Part shown: positions 1 through 9,309 of the stretch, one piece after another | Numbering within the stretch: the first letter of the stretch is position 1 | How the letters are laid out: each line of letters starts with the position of its first letter | DNA from: Candidatus Bathyarchaeota archaeon | Lineage (GTDB): Archaea; Thermoproteota; Bathyarchaeia; Bathyarchaeales; Bathycorpusculaceae | Direction of reading: 5' to 3' | NCBI GenBank assembly: GCA_963806535.1 | Contig: CAWDYC010000003.1 | Location: 96,001 to 160,000, forward strand | DNA: 64,000 nt | The notes under the pieces: model-generated | Database searches by the model: none | Seen by the model: only the letters and a program-made list of their open reading frames with translations | Told to the model about the DNA's origin: nothing | Position numbers and translations under genes: made by a program

Positions 1-408
1 ACACTGCATCAATATGCTCTAGATAGTATTGAACCAGCCTATATTTTTCTTAATTTTTGGCAAATTTTGGAGTTAGTTTCATTAAAGGATCAGTTGGGAA
101 ATACGGAAAATAAAGTGAAAACAAGAATAAATGCTATATACAAAAATAATACAACACTTTCAGATTTACTTGAAGTCCTTTTTTGCAAGCGCAACCATTT
201 AGTTCATGAGGGAAGACTTGAAGACTTTAGCCTTTCTGATGTAAATGAAATAAGAGTAATAGCAGAAGGTGCTATGAGTTTCTTGTTTAGTCAAGTTGAA
301 AAATTAGAAAATTACCCAAATCTCGAAACATTCTATGAAAACATCAAAGAAAAGGGAAAAGTTAAGGATAAACTTCGAATATTAAATTATATAGATAAAT
401 TATCGTAA
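1..408 (+). CDS. HEPN-domain protein, 5'-truncated by window edge
   Basis: Frame open from base 1 (TLHQYALDSIEPAYIFLNFWQILELVS...). RNHLVH fits the Rx4H HEPN motif. AT-rich. Confidence 0.6.
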   Translation, partial: TLHQYALDSIEPAYIFLNFWQILELVSLKDQLGNTENKVKTRINAIYKNNTTLSDLLEVLFCKRNHLVHEGRLEDFSLSDVNEIRVIAEGAMSFLFSQVEKLENYPNLETFYENIKEKGKVKDKLRILNYIDKLS

Positions 409-418
409 GAAACTCAAA

Positions 419-1294
419 CTAGTTTTCGGTTGCTTCTAGCATTTTGTACATAGCTTCATATGATTTAGCGAAGTCGGGATCAACTTCTGTCAATTTTGCT
501 TTTAATTCCGCCATCCGCTCTATTATTCCTTCAGCGTCTTTGTTTCTTATTAGGTTGAGCCATTCCTGGGCTTTTGCCATGAATTGATCTTCGATTTTTT
601 TCAGCTTAGGCAGATTCATTTGTAAGCTTGCGTATAGGTCTGGTGTTTCCAATGCAGTTGCTTCAGCAAGTGTAAAGAGCATTCGATAGGTAGTGCCTGC
701 GACCTCTTTTGTTTCCGAGAAATCTTTCTGTTCTAGAAGCGTTTCACAAGCAATCAACCCAAGAAAATGGGGCAATCCCAAAACAACAGACATTAGCTCG
801 TCATGTTTCTTTGGAGTCATTACAAAAACATGGGCTTCCTCTTGCTGCAACCACTTTTTGAATTCTTGTGCAAACTTTTCTTCCGCAGGATTTGTTGGAG
901 TCAGAATGTAGGCTTTGTGTTTGACACCGTTGCTTCCTGGTCCGAAAACAGGATGTGTTCCTAAAACTAAGGCACCCTTGATATTTTCATGCATCAGTTT
1001 TAGTGGCGTTTCCTTAATTGAGCAGATATCCATGACGACTTGGCCTTTGTGAAGTGCTGAAGCGATGGTTTTAACTACTTCTTCCATGGCGCTGATTGAT
1101 ACGCATATTAAGACTTGGTCAGCGTCAATAACGGCTTCTTTAAAGTCTGTAGTTGTCTTAACAGAAAGTTCTTTTTCTAAATTTGCAATTTTTTCTTTTT
1201 TTCTATCGGCTACTGTCACGTCGTAGCCTTTTGATTGGAAAAATTTAGCAAACCATATACCCATTTTTCCTGCGCCAATTACGGCGATTTTCAT
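419..1294 (-). CDS. tyrA: Prephenate/arogenate dehydrogenase
   Basis: GAGKMG Rossmann motif, DICSIK, HPVFGP, HDELMS; last gene of the aro operon. Confidence 0.93.
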   Translation of the reverse strand: MKIAVIGAGKMGIWFAKFFQSKGYDVTVADRKKEKIANLEKELSVKTTTDFKEAVIDADQVLICVSISAMEEVVKTIASALHKGQVVMDICSIKETPLKLMHENIKGALVLGTHPVFGPGSNGVKHKAYILTPTNPAEEKFAQEFKKWLQQEEAHVFVMTPKKHDELMSVVLGLPHFLGLIACETLLEQKDFSETKEVAGTTYRMLFTLAEATALETPDLYASLQMNLPKLKKIEDQFMAKAQEWLNLIRNKDAEGIIERMAELKAKLTEVDPDFAKSYEAMYKMLEATEN

Positions 1295-2370
1295 TTCAAA
1301 GCCTCGCCTATTATTTCGAGACCAGTTTTGATTTCGTCTCTGGGCGCAGTTAATGATATACGGAAATGCTCTCTATAGTCGCCAAACGAAGTACCTGGAG
1401 CAATTGCGACACCTTTGTCTAGCAATTCTAAGGTGAACTTTTCAGAGTCTAGACCAGATTGTTTAGGAAAAACATAAAATGGCGCCTCAGGCTTTGTGAA
1501 TGAGAAGCCTGATTTAGCCAAAGTTTTACTTGCCAACTTAGCCCGTTGTTCATATTCTTCTTTTATTTTTGTTGCAAGTTGTTTTTGAAGTTCCAACGCT
1601 TTCATAGCAGCTTCCTGAATGAAAACCGGTACGTTGTTGATGGTTATTTGGTTAAGTTTAGTGATGTTGTCGACTAGTTTTTTGTTCGCGATTATGTAGC
1701 CGATTCTCCATCCAGTCATGCTAAATGTTTTGGAGAAGCCAGTGGTTAGAATATGTTTTTGTTCGCCGTCATATTCTAAGATGCTTTTGGTTTTAACGAA
1801 GCTGATAGTTCCATAAACCTCATCTGAAAGGATTGTGACGCCTTTTTTGTTCGCTATTTCCACTATTCCGTCAAGGGTTTCAGGATCTATAACTTTGCTT
1901 GTTGGATTATTTGGGTTGTTAAGTATTATCATTCTAGTATTCTTGTCAATAGTCTCTTCCAGTTTGTCAAGATCAACTTTCCAGCCGTCTTCCATTTCTG
2001 TCCTAAGCAGTTTAGTCTCTGCTCCTAGGCTTTTAGCGATTAAATCGTAAGCTGTCCAGTAAGGAGTAGGGATGATTACGTTTCCTCCGCCCTTCATTAG
2101 GAGATACATAGTGGCGAAAACACCCCATTTTGAGCCAGGGGTAATAACAACGTTTTCAGCTTTAACACCGTGAAGTTCAGCAAGCTCTTGTCGAAGTTTA
2201 CTCTCCCCATAAGAAGAGGAATACTTTGTTTTGCCCGCCTTCATTGAAGCATAGGCTGCCTCAATTATTTCGTTAGGCGTAGCTAAGTCTGGGTCACCTA
2301 GGTTTAAACGTATAATCTTCTTTCCTTGGTTTTCGAGCCTTATGGCTTTCTCATTTATCTCGTAAAGCAC
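1291..2370 (-). CDS. PLP-dependent class I/II aminotransferase (probable aromatic aminotransferase)
   Basis: NNPNNPT, SDEVY, SKTFSMTGWRIG motifs; operon context. Confidence 0.9.
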   Translation of the reverse strand: MLYEINEKAIRLENQGKKIIRLNLGDPDLATPNEIIEAAYASMKAGKTKYSSSYGESKLRQELAELHGVKAENVVITPGSKWGVFATMYLLMKGGGNVIIPTPYWTAYDLIAKSLGAETKLLRTEMEDGWKVDLDKLEETIDKNTRMIILNNPNNPTSKVIDPETLDGIVEIANKKGVTILSDEVYGTISFVKTKSILEYDGEQKHILTTGFSKTFSMTGWRIGYIIANKKLVDNITKLNQITINNVPVFIQEAAMKALELQKQLATKIKEEYEQRAKLASKTLAKSGFSFTKPEAPFYVFPKQSGLDSEKFTLELLDKGVAIAPGTSFGDYREHFRISLTAPRDEIKTGLEIIGEALK

Positions 2371-2398
2371 AGAGGATTACTTCCGCTGAAAGTTCTTT

Positions 2399-2659
2399 TT
2401 ACTCCTGAATAGCACTGCACATATTAACTATTTCGTGGTAAACTGCTTCAACTTGCAAGGGATCAAGGCGAAATTCGACCGCTTTTTCCTTCACTCGTTT
2501 AAAGACCTCATTTTCTCTGGTAACATCCCTTATGGGGAAGCTTTTCTTTTTCTTAATCAAACCAATCGCCGAGCATGTTTTTGCTCTTTCGCATAGGGCA
2601 GCTATGATTTGTTCGTCAATTTCGTCAACTCTTTTTCTTAATTGTTGAATTTCATCCAT
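2399..2659 (-). CDS. aroQ: Chorismate mutase (AroQ type)
   Basis: LRKRVDEIDEQI...IRDVTRE pattern; follows aroC. Confidence 0.88.
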   Translation of the reverse strand: MDEIQQLRKRVDEIDEQIIAALCERAKTCSAIGLIKKKKSFPIRDVTRENEVFKRVKEKAVEFRLDPLQVEAVYHEIVNMCSAIQE

Positions 2660-3768
2660 TATTTCTGTCTCTCCAGAATTCTCGGTATGAAGCCTGCTCG
2701 AATCATATGGTCAGCCAAAGTTACCGCGACCGCAGCTTCCACAGCTGGCACAGCTTTTGGAACTACACATGGGTCATGCCTGCCTTTGACGCTCAGATTA
2801 GCATTTTTCATTGTTGATAGGTTAACGCTTTTCTGCTCTTTGCCAAGTGAAGGGGTCGGTTTAATTGCTATACGTATCAAAATAGGCATACCATTTGATA
2901 TCCCGCCTAAGATTCCACCCATGTTTTCCGTTGAAGTAGCAACTTTTCCGCTTTGCAAGATGTATGCATCGTTACTCTCAGAGCCCTTTAATTCGGCAAT
3001 CTCAAAACCTAACCCGAATTCAACTGCTTTTACCGCGGGAACGTTAAACAATGCTTTCGCCAAATCAGCGTCAAGCGAATCAAACAGTGGTTCACCAACA
3101 CCTACGGGAACATTTAGCGCCATGCATTCAACCACTCCGCCTACACTTTCGCCCTCTTTTCTAGCCTCCACTATGGCTTGCTCCATTTTTTCTGAGCAGG
3201 TTAAGTTGGGACACCGTGTAGATGTTGAGTATCTATTCTTACGGATTTCTTCTGCACTAAACTTTTTGTCAGATGTTACGTTACCAACCGCTGTGGTGTA
3301 AGCTAACACGTCAACTTCAAATCGACTAAGAAGTTTTTTGGCGATAGATCCAGCCATGATAAGTGCTACTGTTACTCTGCCCGAGAAACGTCCGCCTCCT
3401 CTATAATCCTGGAAGCCACCATATTTTATCCGGGCTGTGTAATCAGCGTGTCCCGGTCTTGGCAAATCCTTAATTGCCTCGTAATCGCTGGAGTCAACCT
3501 CCCGATTCTCAACCGTCACAGTAATTGGGGCGCCAGTTGTAAAACCGTTAAAAACTCCTGAAAGAACTTTGGCAGTATCTTTCTCGATTCTTGGTGAAAC
3601 AATTCTCGGCTCAGAGGGAATACGTCTATCTAAGTCCATTTGAATGTCAGCTTCAGAAAGAGGTAATCCCGCCGGGCAGCCATCGACAACTACACCAACG
3701 ATTTTGCCGTGGCTTTCGCCGAAAGTGGTTACTGTGAATTCTTTACCTATCGAATTTCCCGCCAACAA
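2659..3768 (-). CDS. aroC: Chorismate synthase
   Basis: FGESHG, RPGHAD, RFSGR, GRHDPC motifs. Confidence 0.97.
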   Translation of the reverse strand: MLAGNSIGKEFTVTTFGESHGKIVGVVVDGCPAGLPLSEADIQMDLDRRIPSEPRIVSPRIEKDTAKVLSGVFNGFTTGAPITVTVENREVDSSDYEAIKDLPRPGHADYTARIKYGGFQDYRGGGRFSGRVTVALIMAGSIAKKLLSRFEVDVLAYTTAVGNVTSDKKFSAEEIRKNRYSTSTRCPNLTCSEKMEQAIVEARKEGESVGGVVECMALNVPVGVGEPLFDSLDADLAKALFNVPAVKAVEFGLGFEIAELKGSESNDAYILQSGKVATSTENMGGILGGISNGMPILIRIAIKPTPSLGKEQKSVNLSTMKNANLSVKGRHDPCVVPKAVPAVEAAVAVTLADHMIRAGFIPRILERQK

Positions 3769-5047
3769 TTTCAGCTCCTATTTGTTTTAGATGAGTGAAG
3801 AACAGCGGATAAGACTTTCTAACGCATTGTGCGTTTTGAATTGTTGTTTGGTTTTTTGCACCTAAAGCTGCAACTGCACAAGCCATTGCTATACGGTGGT
3901 CATTGTGCGGATTAATCACCGCACCATGTAGATTACATGGACCTTCAATGGTTAAAGTGTCAGAGTCTACATTTATTTTTGCACCCATCTTTTTGAATTC
4001 AAGATAAAGTGTTTTTAGTCTGTCCGACTCTTTGAGTTTGAGCCGTCGGGCGCCCGTGATTTTGGAAGTTCCTTTTGCATAGCATGCAAGCGCTGTACAG
4101 ACTGGAACGAGGTCAGGAATATTTTTTGCATCAACATTGACGGGCTCAAGCGAATTGCCTGTTCCAGTTATTTCAACGCTGTTCTCGCATACTTTTCCAT
4201 TAATACCCATTTGCTTAAGGATACCCAGAATCGCTTTATCGCCTTGGGGGCTGCAGTATTCAAGATTTTTAATTTGAACGGTTGAATTGGTTATGGCTGT
4301 GGCAGCCAGGAGAAAGGCTGCAGAAGAAAAATCACCGGGCACATTAAAGTCATAGGGCTTATATGTTTGGTTAGCTGGAATGTGTATAAGTTTATAGTTG
4401 TCGTAAACTTCTATTCTGATTTCATGTTTGGCAAGCACGTCCCACGTCATTTTGACGTAGTCTGCAGATTCAAGGGGCGATTTTAATGTGATTTCTGTGT
4501 CTACTTTCGCTATTGGACAAGCAAACATTAATCCTGAAATAAACTGTGAACTAACATCTCCGGGAATAGAGGTTTCGCCTCCAAGGATACCGCCGCCCTC
4601 AACAAATACAGCATTTTTATTGCCGAGTTTTTTAATGCGAACGCTAACACCGAGATCATTGAGACTTCTAATTAAAGGTTCAATGGGTCTGCGTTCAAGT
4701 GAACTGCCAAAAACCAAAGTTGAAGGGTCAGGCGCTAGGGCAGCTACTGGTATCATGAAACGCAAGGTAGCACCTGATTCACCGCAGTCGATAGGTTCTT
4801 TGGCATTCGTGACTGGGTTTGCACCTGTAACCGTCCAGCATTCTTCAGCTATTACTACATTTGCGCCTAAAGCTGTAATGGCCCTCAGGGTTGCTTGGGT
4901 GTCATCGGATAGAAGAGGGTTTGAGATCTTAGAAATTCCATTGGATAGAGCAGCAGCTATGAGCATTCTCTGGGTATAAGATTTTGATGGAGGGGCACAA
5001 ACTTCGCCGCTTAACTTTTCAGTTTTCTTGATGATTACATCAGTCAT
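3743..5047 (-). CDS. aroA: EPSP synthase (3-phosphoshikimate 1-carboxyvinyltransferase)
   Basis: PPSKS, GESGATLR, SSQFISG, KESDR, DHRIAM. Confidence 0.97.
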   Translation of the reverse strand: MTDVIIKKTEKLSGEVCAPPSKSYTQRMLIAAALSNGISKISNPLLSDDTQATLRAITALGANVVIAEECWTVTGANPVTNAKEPIDCGESGATLRFMIPVAALAPDPSTLVFGSSLERRPIEPLIRSLNDLGVSVRIKKLGNKNAVFVEGGGILGGETSIPGDVSSQFISGLMFACPIAKVDTEITLKSPLESADYVKMTWDVLAKHEIRIEVYDNYKLIHIPANQTYKPYDFNVPGDFSSAAFLLAATAITNSTVQIKNLEYCSPQGDKAILGILKQMGINGKVCENSVEITGTGNSLEPVNVDAKNIPDLVPVCTALACYAKGTSKITGARRLKLKESDRLKTLYLEFKKMGAKINVDSDTLTIEGPCNLHGAVINPHNDHRIAMACAVAALGAKNQTTIQNAQCVRKSYPLFFTHLKQIGAEIVGGKFDR

Positions 5048-5049
5048 TA

Positions 5050-5922
5050 TCAGAGCACCTTGGCTTTCTCACTGTTCAAATGGGTTTTCAAGATTTCGCC
5101 GCCGTATTTTCGCAACGCCGCTATAACTAAATCAACCTTGTCATTAGGAGTTACCGCTGTTACTGCTGGTCCTTTGCCGCATAATCCAGCTGCTATTGCT
5201 CCAGCAGCCAAAGCATCTACAGCTATAGTAGGATTATATCCCGAAGCTGAGGAATAAATCAAACCGTTAAGCGTCAATGCCCCCCAAACATTGCCCTTCA
5301 AAGCCTCATTGTAAGCGACTTCAACGAGCGGTTTAATTGTTTGCAGCCGCTTGACATTGGAATCTGCTGTGTAAGATTTTTCGGACGGTACGTGGAACAA
5401 AACTATTAAATCTTCATCAAATGGTAACTTCTTAACTATTTTTCGATTCAAATTGTCAGTAATTATTGTTCCACCGAAATATGAAGCACAAGCGTCATCA
5501 AAAGCTCCTGTCACAGTCACTTTTGAGTCAAAAGCAGCATCAATGCCCAAATTTACGACATCAAAATCAGGAAGCGTTTTGCCTAATGCCGCAATCGATG
5601 CGAGAGCTACTGCGTTTGCCGCTACACTACTGCTTTTGAGCCCTTTGGCAATTGGAATGTTCGACCAAGTTTTTATTTTTGCGCCAAAACTTTTTTCTAA
5701 ACTGAACTTTTGAAGGACTCTGCACACCGTTTTTTCTATCAGAACAGTGCTTTCTTTTGGGTCCGAAGTTATTTCCGCTTTGAAAACATATGGTTCATAC
5801 GTTAATTCGACTTCAGCCTTAGTCCATAAATCAACACCAAAAGCTGCACCTTTACCAAGCGCAATTGCATTGACAATTGTTGCAGCGCCATGAGCTATTG
5901 CAGTAACTTTACCAGTCAACAT
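5050..5922 (-). CDS. aroK: Archaeal GHMP-family shikimate kinase
   Basis: GAATIVNAI, IPIAKGLKSSS, TGAFDDA. Confidence 0.93.
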   Translation of the reverse strand: MLTGKVTAIAHGAATIVNAIALGKGAAFGVDLWTKAEVELTYEPYVFKAEITSDPKESTVLIEKTVCRVLQKFSLEKSFGAKIKTWSNIPIAKGLKSSSVAANAVALASIAALGKTLPDFDVVNLGIDAAFDSKVTVTGAFDDACASYFGGTIITDNLNRKIVKKLPFDEDLIVLFHVPSEKSYTADSNVKRLQTIKPLVEVAYNEALKGNVWGALTLNGLIYSSASGYNPTIAVDALAAGAIAAGLCGKGPAVTAVTPNDKVDLVIAALRKYGGEILKTHLNSEKAKVL

Positions 5923-6780
5923 TTACACCTTTAACAAGTGATTAAGCGCCGCCTTCCTCATAACTTCAACTGGCGCCTTGCAAGCAGTCCAGATTTCGAA
6001 TGATGCAGCCCCTTGATAAATTAGCATTTCAACCCCACTCACCACTTTAGCGCCTGCCGCTTTAGCATCCTTGACCAACTTGGTTTCAATTGGATTGTAA
6101 ACTATGTCCATTACAGCCAAATCAGGTTTCAACCATTCTAGTGATATGGGGGTTTGGTCCGCGTTCGGTTCCATTCCTATCGAAGTAGCATTAATGAGTA
6201 CATCTGCTCCGGCAAGATTGACTTTGATCGTTTTTGGGGTAAGTGCACCCGCGCTGATTTTTTTGTTAAATTTTAGTTTTAGGAGATTTGTAAGCTCTGT
6301 CACTGGTTTAAGTGTTCGATTCAAAATTACCAGTTCATCGGCTTCTTGCGATAAAGTGTATGCTATGGCTTTTGCAGCGCCACCTGCACCGAGCAACAAT
6401 ATTTTTTTGCCCTTCACCGCAACGCCATTCTGCTCAAGCGCATTTAATGCCCCGACACCATCAGTGTTAAAACCGAAAAGTCTCCCATCTGTGTTTAAAA
6501 TGGTATTAGCAGAAGCTATGGTTTTAGCAGTTGGGTCCAATTCATCCAAGTATTTGATGACCTCGTTTTTATGTGGCATCGTTACGTTTAACCCTCGAAT
6601 GCCTAAAGCTCGCATAGCGCTTATCGCATTTTTAACCTCAGTGGCTTTTACTTTGAACGCTAAGAAAACGTAATCAATTTGTAATGCACGAAACGCTGCA
6701 TTATGAATAATTGGGCTAAGAGTGTGTTCTATAGGGTCACCGATTACACCACACACTTTTGTTTTGCCCGAAATAACCAT
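5923..6780 (-). CDS. aroE: Shikimate dehydrogenase
   Basis: GDPIEHTLSP, NVTMPHK, NTDGVG, GAGGAA. Confidence 0.96.
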   Translation of the reverse strand: MVISGKTKVCGVIGDPIEHTLSPIIHNAAFRALQIDYVFLAFKVKATEVKNAISAMRALGIRGLNVTMPHKNEVIKYLDELDPTAKTIASANTILNTDGRLFGFNTDGVGALNALEQNGVAVKGKKILLLGAGGAAKAIAYTLSQEADELVILNRTLKPVTELTNLLKLKFNKKISAGALTPKTIKVNLAGADVLINATSIGMEPNADQTPISLEWLKPDLAVMDIVYNPIETKLVKDAKAAGAKVVSGVEMLIYQGAASFEIWTACKAPVEVMRKAALNHLLKV

Positions 6781-6782
6781 TT

Positions 6783-7466
6783 TTATTTTGCTCCTAAGAG
6801 GTCGTATGCAACTCTCATATCTCGGATGCTTATTTGTCCCGACGCGGTTTCGTTGCTTTGATCTAGTGAAGCAAAAGTAAAGAAGGCGCCAAACATAGGC
6901 GAGAGAAGTCTAGAAACCTTACCGTCTTTGCCCATGCAGAAACAGACAATTTTCACCCTGCGGGGTATTGCGGAAATGAAGTTTAGCACCGTCAAGTTGT
7001 CTTCAATTTTTTCAGCTGTTGTTGCTATCTTGCAGATAGCAGCTCCGCTGGAAATTTCCTGTTTTAGAATGTTGCCCATTTCAGAACTGCTTAATGTGCC
7101 ATCAAACTTGTGGAAGGAAACGATTGGTTTAGCGCCCAGTTGCTTGAGTTTGTTAATTGTTTCTTTATATTTTGGACTTGACATATCGACGTCAATATAT
7201 TCGAAGCCGTTTTTGACTGCGTTTAGCAGCGTTTGTTGACGCTCGGTTTCTGTTCCGGAGAAACTGCCTTTTTCGCTTTGTAGCTTGTTTGTGGCAATGA
7301 GTGGGATTCTTGTGGTTTTTGAGATTTCGGATAGGTTTCTGGAGGTTTCAAGGCAGTCTAGCCTTACCTCAATGAAGTCAGCTTTGGCTTTCTCCGCCCG
7401 CTCAATTAGATTTACAGCTTCGTCATTACTTTTTGGGAGAATCGAGACACAGATTCTCGGGATCAC
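6783..7466 (-). CDS. aroD: Type I 3-dehydroquinate dehydratase
   Basis: EVRLD, SFHKF, CKIA, MGKDGKVSRL, GQI. Confidence 0.93.
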   Translation of the reverse strand: MIPRICVSILPKSNDEAVNLIERAEKAKADFIEVRLDCLETSRNLSEISKTTRIPLIATNKLQSEKGSFSGTETERQQTLLNAVKNGFEYIDVDMSSPKYKETINKLKQLGAKPIVSFHKFDGTLSSSEMGNILKQEISSGAAICKIATTAEKIEDNLTVLNFISAIPRRVKIVCFCMGKDGKVSRLLSPMFGAFFTFASLDQSNETASGQISIRDMRVAYDLLGAK

Positions 7467-8506
7467 TTTTCTATCACCGTTTCTTCAGGCACTGATACGC
7501 CGAAGTGTCGGCCTCCTTTTGCAGATAAGTGCACGAGAACTTCATCGTTTGGTTTTAGCTCTGTAACAGGTTTTGAAGCTTGCGGAGTAACTAATCTTAT
7601 GGTTTCGGCGTTTTGAAGTATGGTTTTTATTTTTGTACCTTCGGCTTCGGCTTCAATGAGGATTAGGGGGCGGAACTCTATTTTGGATCTGCCAACATTT
7701 GTTATTCTGACTTTTCCTTCTCTGTTGATAATTAAAACTTCGTCACCCGCTTTTAATTCTGAAAGGTAACGGGTGCTTTGCAGCGATGTTAATGTGTAGT
7801 GTGAGGCAGGTCCAGCGTTTACTCGGAAAGGTCTGGATTGCACATAAGGGTTTTCGTTTACTTCAGCTTCGACAAGGAAGAAGCCAGCAGATTGACAGCC
7901 GACAAGCATTCCTTCTCCAGGAACCATCAAATCAACAGTATCAACGCAGACTCTAGCACCTGTTCCGATCGGTTTTATGGATAAAATTTTGCCCGTAATC
8001 AGAGGCACCTTCGGCATCTGCCCCTTAACAACTTTAACGGTTTTGGCAAGCTCATCTGGATTTGAAGTTTTAAGCAAAACGCCGTCTGTTCCCAATTCCA
8101 AGGCTTCAAGAACTACCTTAGCATCCTCAGCCGTTGTTACTTCGGCAACCAGTTTGCTCTTGCCGCCGTGAGCTTTAGCAATTAAGTTTTCGAGCGGAAT
8201 TACTCGCCAATCGAGACAGTTAATAATTATATAGTCAATCCCAAGCTCGGCAGCCTTAGCTGCATTATTCTCGTCTTCTTTGCCGTTTATGTTGATTCTT
8301 ATGGCGGTTTTTTTGCCCTCATTTTTTAGTTGGACAATTTTTTTCTCATTTATGCCGTGAAGAAATGTTACGTTTAATTTGCCAGAGCGGTTACTTGCTT
8401 GTTCACCTTCAAGAACTACGTCAGCATTTTCATGGGCAAGACTAAGCAAACTTTCATGTTCTTGCGGTGAAGCCGCTTCGTCTATTTGTACCCAGAGTTC
8501 CTTCAA
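7463..8506 (-). CDS. aroB': 3-dehydroquinate synthase II (archaeal AroB')
   Basis: DWRVIPLENLIA, RVCVDT, RPFRVNAG, LQNAETIRL. Confidence 0.95.
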   Translation of the reverse strand: MKELWVQIDEAASPQEHESLLSLAHENADVVLEGEQASNRSGKLNVTFLHGINEKKIVQLKNEGKKTAIRININGKEDENNAAKAAELGIDYIIINCLDWRVIPLENLIAKAHGGKSKLVAEVTTAEDAKVVLEALELGTDGVLLKTSNPDELAKTVKVVKGQMPKVPLITGKILSIKPIGTGARVCVDTVDLMVPGEGMLVGCQSAGFFLVEAEVNENPYVQSRPFRVNAGPASHYTLTSLQSTRYLSELKAGDEVLIINREGKVRITNVGRSKIEFRPLILIEAEAEGTKIKTILQNAETIRLVTPQASKPVTELKPNDEVLVHLSAKGGRHFGVSVPEETVIEK

Positions 8507-9294
8507 GCTTTTTCACCGAGAATTTTAAGCGCTTGTTCCACGCTAACTCCATCATGAACGATCGCTGACAGCGCTTTAACTATCAATGTTGGATTGTCAT
8601 GTTGAAACACATTTCTTCCAATTGAGAGCCCCGAAGCACCTGCATCAATTGCGTCATGTGTGGTCTGGAGAACTTCTTGAGATGTTTTACATTTTGGCCC
8701 TCCAGCAATAACTACTGGAACAGGACAGCTTTCAATAACTGTTTTAAACGTATTAACGTTACCAGTGAAGTTTGCCTTAATAATGTCTGCACCTAGTTCT
8801 GCGCCGATTCGGGCCGCGTGGGCAACCACATCAGCGGCATGTTCATTTTGAATTTTGGGTCCACGCGGATACATCATCGCGAGCAGCGGCACACCAAATA
8901 AGTCACATTCTTCAGCTACTTTGCCAAGAGTGCTCAACATTTTGTCCTCATCCTGCGCTCCAACGTTAACGTGTACAGAAACTGCATCTGCACCTAGACG
9001 TATGGCTTCTTGAACACTGCATACTTGGACTTTGCCATTTATGTTTGGGCTAAGATTTGACATACCTGACAACATTACTATTAATCCGGCGTTTCCCACG
9101 TTAACATGTTTAGCGATACCTTTGTGAATTAGCACAGCGTCAGCCCCGCCTTTGAGTAGATGGTTGATTATTTGCTGCATGTTAGCTAATCCTTGAATTG
9201 GACCAACTGTTACACCATGATCCATAGGTATGATTACCGTGCGGTTGTCCGATTGCAAAATTCTCTTTAATCGTCTCGTTTTTCCCTGATTCAT
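8503..9294 (-). CDS. aroA': 2-amino-3,7-dideoxy-D-threo-hept-6-ulosonate synthase (AroA', DhnA-type aldolase)
   Basis: PMDHG, MMYPRG, GADIIK, IAGG, GRNVFQ; adjacent to DHQ synthase II. Confidence 0.93.
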   Translation of the reverse strand: MNQGKTRRLKRILQSDNRTVIIPMDHGVTVGPIQGLANMQQIINHLLKGGADAVLIHKGIAKHVNVGNAGLIVMLSGMSNLSPNINGKVQVCSVQEAIRLGADAVSVHVNVGAQDEDKMLSTLGKVAEECDLFGVPLLAMMYPRGPKIQNEHAADVVAHAARIGAELGADIIKANFTGNVNTFKTVIESCPVPVVIAGGPKCKTSQEVLQTTHDAIDAGASGLSIGRNVFQHDNPTLIVKALSAIVHDGVSVEQALKILGEKA

Positions 9295-9309
9295 TTAATT
9301 CACCTTTGC

